Assembly (NCBI GenBank): GCA_001695645.1
Contig: LVZN01000020.1
Span: 1 to 30,622, forward strand
Length of the DNA: 30,622 nucleotides
Direction of reading: 5' to 3'
DNA from: Erysipelotrichaceae bacterium MTC7
Lineage (GTDB): Bacteria; Bacillota_I; Bacilli_A; Erysipelotrichales; Erysipelotrichaceae
The notes beneath the pieces were generated by a model. It did not search any database. It was not told the DNA's origin and saw nothing but the letters and a program-made list of their open reading frames with translations. Position 1 is the first letter of the stretch, and the number at the start of each line of letters is the position of its first letter. The position numbers were made by a program, and so were the translations under genes. Below, piece after piece: positions 26,973 to 30,622 of this stretch.

Positions 26973-27197
26973 TATCCTCTCTCCTTTCGTGGAAGCGTGC
27001 TAAACCATTCCACGCTTCCCGAACAGGGAGGTTTGTTATTCCACCAAAGCATATTGAGCTTTCAATGTGTTTTGATAGGCTAACGAGCCATTGTTCTTTG
27101 AAAACTGAATAAAAGTAATCGAATACGTTTCGATAAGAAAAGAGCCAACGGAACTAACCGCCATGACCTATCTTATAAAGATAGCGAGCGATTCATG

Positions 27198-27449
27198 TTA
27201 GTGATCCGAGAAGCAATCTTTAGCAGGATTGCCTGCAACGACATTCTTATCGTGATAATGATACTCCCATACAGTCAATAGTCCGAGCGTGATAAAACCG
27301 TCGCAGGCAATGAGTATGGCTACATGAGAACCATGCAGGGGTGGAACTCCCGTGAGCTTTGCTAAAGCTGTTCGATTGCTGGTAAAACAACTTTTATGAA
27401 ATCCAAATAAGTGATTTGGAAAGGAGGATTTTATGAAGCAGACTGACAT
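27198..27449 (-). CDS. Tn916 Orf5 (function unknown)
   Basis: 83-aa minus-strand ORF at the canonical orf5 position. Its start overlaps the xis start region. Confidence 0.6.
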
Positions 27450-27636
27450 TCCTATTTGGGAACGTTATACCCTAACCATTGAAGAAGCGTCAAAATATTT
27501 TCGTATTGGCGAAAACAAGCTACGACGCTTGGCAGAGGAAAATAAAAATGCAAATTGGCTGATTATGAATGGCAATCGTATTCAGATTAAACGAAAACAA
27601 TTTGAAAAAATTATAGATACATTGGACGCAATCTAG
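27433..27636 (+). CDS. xis: Tn916 excisionase Xis
   Basis: 67 aa, [36 protein letters not shown]..., with a ggaaaggagga SD. Confidence 0.95.
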
Positions 27637-27717
27637 CGTCGCCAAAGGGTCTTGTATATGATAAAATAGTATTAAGTCGTATCAAGGCTCTTTCCATAAA
27701 GGAAAGGAGCAAATGCC

Positions 27718-28935
27718 ATGTCAGAAAAAAGACGTGACAATAAAGGTCGAATCTTAAAGACTGGAGAGAGCCAACGAAAAGACGGAAGATACTTATACAA
27801 ATATATAGATTCATTTGGAGAACCGCAATTTGTTTACTCGTGGAAACTTGTGGCTACAGACCGAGTACCAGCAGGAAAGCGTGATTGTATCTCACTTAGA
27901 GAGAAAATCGCAGAGTTACAGAAAGACATTCATGATGGTATTGATGTTGTAGGAAAGAAAATGACACTCTGCCAGCTTTACGCAAAACAGAACGCTCAAA
28001 GACCAAAGGTTAGAAAAAACACTGAAACTGGACGCAAATATCTTATGGATATTTTGAAGAAAGACAAGTTAGGTGTAAGAAGTATTGACAGTATTAAGCC
28101 ATCAGACGCTAAAGAATGGGCTATTAGAATGAGTGAAAATGGTTATGCTTATCAAACCATCAATAACTACAAACGTTCTTTAAAGGCTTCATTCTATATT
28201 GCTATACAAGATGATTGTGTTCGGAAGAATCCATTTGACTTTCAACTGAAAGCAGTTCTTGATGATGATACTGTCCCTAAGACCGTACTAACAGAAGAAC
28301 AGGAAGAAAAACTGTTAGCCTTTGCAAAAGCTGATAAAACCTACAGCAAAAATTATGATGAAATTCTGATACTCTTAAAAACAGGTCTTCGTATTTCAGA
28401 GTTTGGTGGTTTGACACTTCCAGATTTAGATTTTGAGAATCGTCTTGTCAATATAGACCATCAGCTATTGAGAGATACTGAAATTGGGTACTACATTGAA
28501 ACACCAAAGACCAAAAGTGGCGAACGTCAAGTTCCTATGGTTGAAGAAGCCTATCAAGCATTTAAGCGAGTGTTAGCGAATCGAAAGAATGATAAGCGTG
28601 TTGAGATTGATGGATATAGTGATTTCCTCTTTCTTAATAGAAAGAACTATCCAAAAGTGGCAAGTGATTACAACGGCATGATGAAAGGTCTTGTTAAGAA
28701 ATACAATAAGTATAACGAGGATAAATTGCCACACATCACTCCACATAGTTTGCGACATACATTCTGTACCAACTATGCAAATGCAGGAATGAATCCAAAG
28801 GCATTACAGTACATTATGGGACATGCTAATATAGCCATGACGCTGAACTATTACGCACATGCAACATTCGATTCTGCAATGGCAGAAATGAAACGCTTGA
28901 ATAAAGAGAAGCAACAGGAGCGTCTTGTTGCTTAG
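27718..28935 (+). CDS. int: Tn916 tyrosine integrase Int
   Basis: 405 aa with an N-terminal arm-binding domain (MSEKRRDNKGRILKTGESQRKDGRYLYKY). Catalytic residues are in GLRISEF, HSLRHTF and GHANIAMTLNYYAH. Confidence 0.97.
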   Translation: MSEKRRDNKGRILKTGESQRKDGRYLYKYIDSFGEPQFVYSWKLVATDRVPAGKRDCISLREKIAELQKDIHDGIDVVGKKMTLCQLYAKQNAQRPKVRKNTETGRKYLMDILKKDKLGVRSIDSIKPSDAKEWAIRMSENGYAYQTINNYKRSLKASFYIAIQDDCVRKNPFDFQLKAVLDDDTVPKTVLTEEQEEKLLAFAKADKTYSKNYDEILILLKTGLRISEFGGLTLPDLDFENRLVNIDHQLLRDTEIGYYIETPKTKSGERQVPMVEEAYQAFKRVLANRKNDKRVEIDGYSDFLFLNRKNYPKVASDYNGMMKGLVKKYNKYNEDKLPHITPHSLRHTFCTNYANAGMNPKALQYIMGHANIAMTLNYYAHATFDSAMAEMKRLNKEKQQERLVA

Positions 28936-28946
28936 TAGTACAAATG

Positions 28947-28969
28947 AATTTACTACTTATTTACCACTT
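28947..28969. promoter_or_regulatory. Int arm-type (DR-2) repeats at the int end
   Basis: aatttactactt followed by atttaccactt, related to the 11150-11171 repeats. Confidence 0.75.
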
Positions 28970-29083
28970 CTGACAGCTAAGACATGAGGAAATATGCAAA
29001 GAAACGTGAAGTATCTTCCTACAGTAAAAATACTCGAAAGCACATAGAATAAGGCTTTACGAGCATTTAAGAAAATATAAAAA

Positions 29084-29109
29084 GATAATTAGAAATTTAT
29101 ACTTTGTTT
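29084..29109. repeat. Tn916 right terminal imperfect inverted repeat
   Basis: gataattagaaatttatactttgttt. Its reverse complement matches 11077-11102 at 20/26. Confidence 0.9.
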
Positions 29110-29297
29110 AGTATAAAAAATGCACAAAGTAACATCTTGTGAAAAAAATGCTGTAAACATGCATTATTACAGTCCAAAATACACTTTTTTCTAATGCAAG
29201 ATAATATATTGCTAAGCTTGCATTAAAAAAACTTTGTAATTAAGTGATGAATGGTATAAAATTATGTATAATTAAATAGAAAAAAGGGGAATGAAAA

Positions 29298-29801
29298 ATG
29301 GATAAAGAATATGTATTAGATAAGAACGAGGTTGTAAATCTATTAAAAAGTGTTCATGTAAGCTTGTATGACAAAGCCATTTCACCAATTAAGTTACAAA
29401 AAGGATTATACTTTTTATTTGCTTTTTGGGGTGGTAGAATTCGCAAAGCAAAAAAAACAGAATTAGATCTTGTTGAAAAATATACGGAGTATTTATTTAA
29501 TCCCGCTTTTGAAGCGTGGTCATACGGACCTGTAGATAGAGAAGTATATAGCAAAAATAAACATGGGGCATTAAATGTTTACGATGTTGATAAAGCTGTT
29601 GAATATTTAGAACGTCAAGATGATTTCGTTAAGTCGTTTCTTGAAGAACTAATTCCACAAATTTTTAATTCTGGGGATTTTGGGTTAGTGAACTTAAGTC
29701 ATAAAGATAATGCGTGGATTGATAATTATGATGCAAGAGCGCTATATAATGATACGCAAATCCCATCAGAAGATATTATCGTGGAATATGCGAACAAATA
29801 A
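29298..29801 (+). CDS. DUF4065 / Panacea-domain protein (PanA/SocA/GepA-like putative antitoxin)
   Basis: 167 aa. Hallmark blocks are SPIKLQKGLYFLFAFWGG and FEAWSYGPVDREVY (consensus KLQKLLYF ... FEAW.YGPV...vY). aagggga SD is present. Confidence 0.8.
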   Translation: MDKEYVLDKNEVVNLLKSVHVSLYDKAISPIKLQKGLYFLFAFWGGRIRKAKKTELDLVEKYTEYLFNPAFEAWSYGPVDREVYSKNKHGALNVYDVDKAVEYLERQDDFVKSFLEELIPQIFNSGDFGLVNLSHKDNAWIDNYDARALYNDTQIPSEDIIVEYANK

Positions 29802-30462
29802 ACAAAAAAAGAAATCGAATATTGTATTAGTAAGCGCTCAAAATATGAGTAATGAAAAGAAAAAAAAGGAACTCGCTGAGAAATTTGTTAAATCTGCTGA
29901 AGTAAGTGATGAAAATCCATTTAGTGGGATGAACAAAGTGAAAGAAAAATTGACAGATCAAAAAAGTTTGGTGCCAAACAGTCTAAACAAAATTAAAGTG
30001 AAGTTTAGAAAAATAACAAGCGAATCTTTCCCTGATGTATATTTTACAAATAAGTTGAAACCAACTACTCAGGATGATGAGTTGTTTAAAAGTGATATAT
30101 TACGAAAATTAATCAGGTTAAAAGACCAACTAGTGAATAGTGAGGAAATACCTTGGGACGTTGAGGAAAGAGAACGTCTGATGAATAAACGTACAAAAAA
30201 GGAACTTACAAGTCCAAAAGTAAATAGAAATAAACAATTATTTACTAAAATTGGATTAGGACAAAGAGTTGATGATATTGATAAAGCACCTATTAAAAGT
30301 CAATATGGCAGTAAACATAATTCAGTTAGAGTTTATTATATTTTCGATGGAGATATTGTGGACATAGTTTTAATGGATCCGCACCACTTGGTAGCAGACA
30401 AAGAATATAGAAAAAAATACAATATGTACAAGCATTGTAAAAAATGCATTGGAAACTTATAA
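29788..30462 (+). CDS. Unassigned basic protein, candidate toxin partner of the Panacea gene
   Basis: ATG 29788 overlaps the upstream stop by 14 nt and gives 224 aa. The protein is very Lys-rich with no TM segment. The C-terminal VRVYYIFDGDIVDIVLMDPHH resembles the terminal beta-hairpin and His of RelE/YoeB/ParE-fold toxins. The tail KHCKKC, together with HH, may bind metal. The start is uncertain (29710, 29788 or 29845 are possible). Confidence 0.55.
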   Translation: MRTNKQKKKSNIVLVSAQNMSNEKKKKELAEKFVKSAEVSDENPFSGMNKVKEKLTDQKSLVPNSLNKIKVKFRKITSESFPDVYFTNKLKPTTQDDELFKSDILRKLIRLKDQLVNSEEIPWDVEERERLMNKRTKKELTSPKVNRNKQLFTKIGLGQRVDDIDKAPIKSQYGSKHNSVRVYYIFDGDIVDIVLMDPHHLVADKEYRKKYNMYKHCKKCIGNL

Positions 30463-30468
30463 AAACGG

Positions 30469-30504
30469 AACCTACGTAACCAGGATGGGATGTCGTAGGT
30501 TTTT
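30469..30504 (+). terminator. Hairpin plus T-run after the two-gene module
   Basis: aacctacg ... cgtaggtt with a 17-nt loop, followed by tttt. Confidence 0.45.
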
Positions 30505-30558
30505 ACTTTGCATGGATTTACCTTGTTTTACTTTTGTATGTGATGGGGAGTGTAAAAT

Positions 30559-30604
30559 AAACTGTGTAAGTAGAGAGCGTACGGCTCTGCTTCACAGTTT
30601 TTTT
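30559..30604 (+). terminator. Long imperfect hairpin plus T7
   Basis: aaactgtgtaagtagagagc - gtac - ggctctgcttcacagttt, followed by ttttttt. Confidence 0.65.
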
Positions 30605-30622
30605 AATTGTATATGTTAAACT

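Larger units (their letters stand above)
11077..29109. mobile_element. Complete Tn916-type conjugative transposon (ICE) carrying tet(M)
   Basis: Full canonical gene order orf24-orf13, orf12, tet(M), orf6, orf9(-), orf7, orf8, orf5(-), xis, int. Terminal 26-nt imperfect inverted repeats match at 20/26. The span between repeat ends is 18,033 nt by subtraction, against the published Tn916 length of about 18.03 kb. The flanks are T6 on the left and A6 on the right. Confidence 0.95.

Noticed and set aside
30512-30619. 35-codon Cys-rich mini-ORF (MDLPCFTFVCDGECKINCVSRERTALLHSFFNCIC) that looks like a small peptide or bacteriocin
   Set aside because: It has no SD. It reads straight through the long terminator hairpin (30559-30604), whose palindromic sequence explains part of the composition. 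It is most likely non-coding.
1-30622. Search by eye for CRISPR arrays, rRNA or tRNA genes and long tandem repeats
   Set aside because: No regularly spaced direct repeats, no cloverleaf-like GC-rich segments and no rRNA-like conserved blocks were seen. The only short tandem repeats are the 11-bp Int arm sites of Tn916.

Overview
Low-GC Firmicutes (Bacillota) chromosomal segment carrying two accessory insertions and one unexplained two-gene module. (1) Positions 1-3697 hold housekeeping genes: a membrane protein, glutathione peroxidase, a HAD hydrolase and the RumA/RlmCD-type 23S rRNA methyltransferase. (2) Positions 3698-6811 form a decayed accessory islet just downstream of the rumA 3' end. 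It contains an AbiEi/AbiEii (type IV TA / abortive infection) pair whose toxin gene has an in-frame TAG, plus an IS3-family orfA relic and other gene fragments. (3) Positions 6812-10576 are again core-like: a serine hydrolase, a small anchored protein, then a tight DUF1287-YdcF(DUF218)-luxS cluster. (4) Positions 11077-29109 are a complete Tn916-type conjugative transposon of about 18.03 kb. All classical parts are readable: orf24-orf13 conjugation genes, oriT, ardA, orf12 leader/attenuator, tet(M), orf6, orf9, orf7, orf8, orf5, xis and int, 20/26 imperfect terminal inverted repeats, Int arm-type direct repeats, and a T6...A6 target. (5) Positions 29298-30462, 188 nt beyond the transposon's int end, hold a DUF4065/Panacea-domain gene overlapping by 14 nt a 224-codon, very lysine-rich ORF that I cannot assign to a family. 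I rate this as the best candidate for an undescribed (PanA-type) toxin-antitoxin or defence module. I saw no rRNA, tRNA or CRISPR array. All coordinates, repeats and motifs were read by eye from the sequence. No database search was run.
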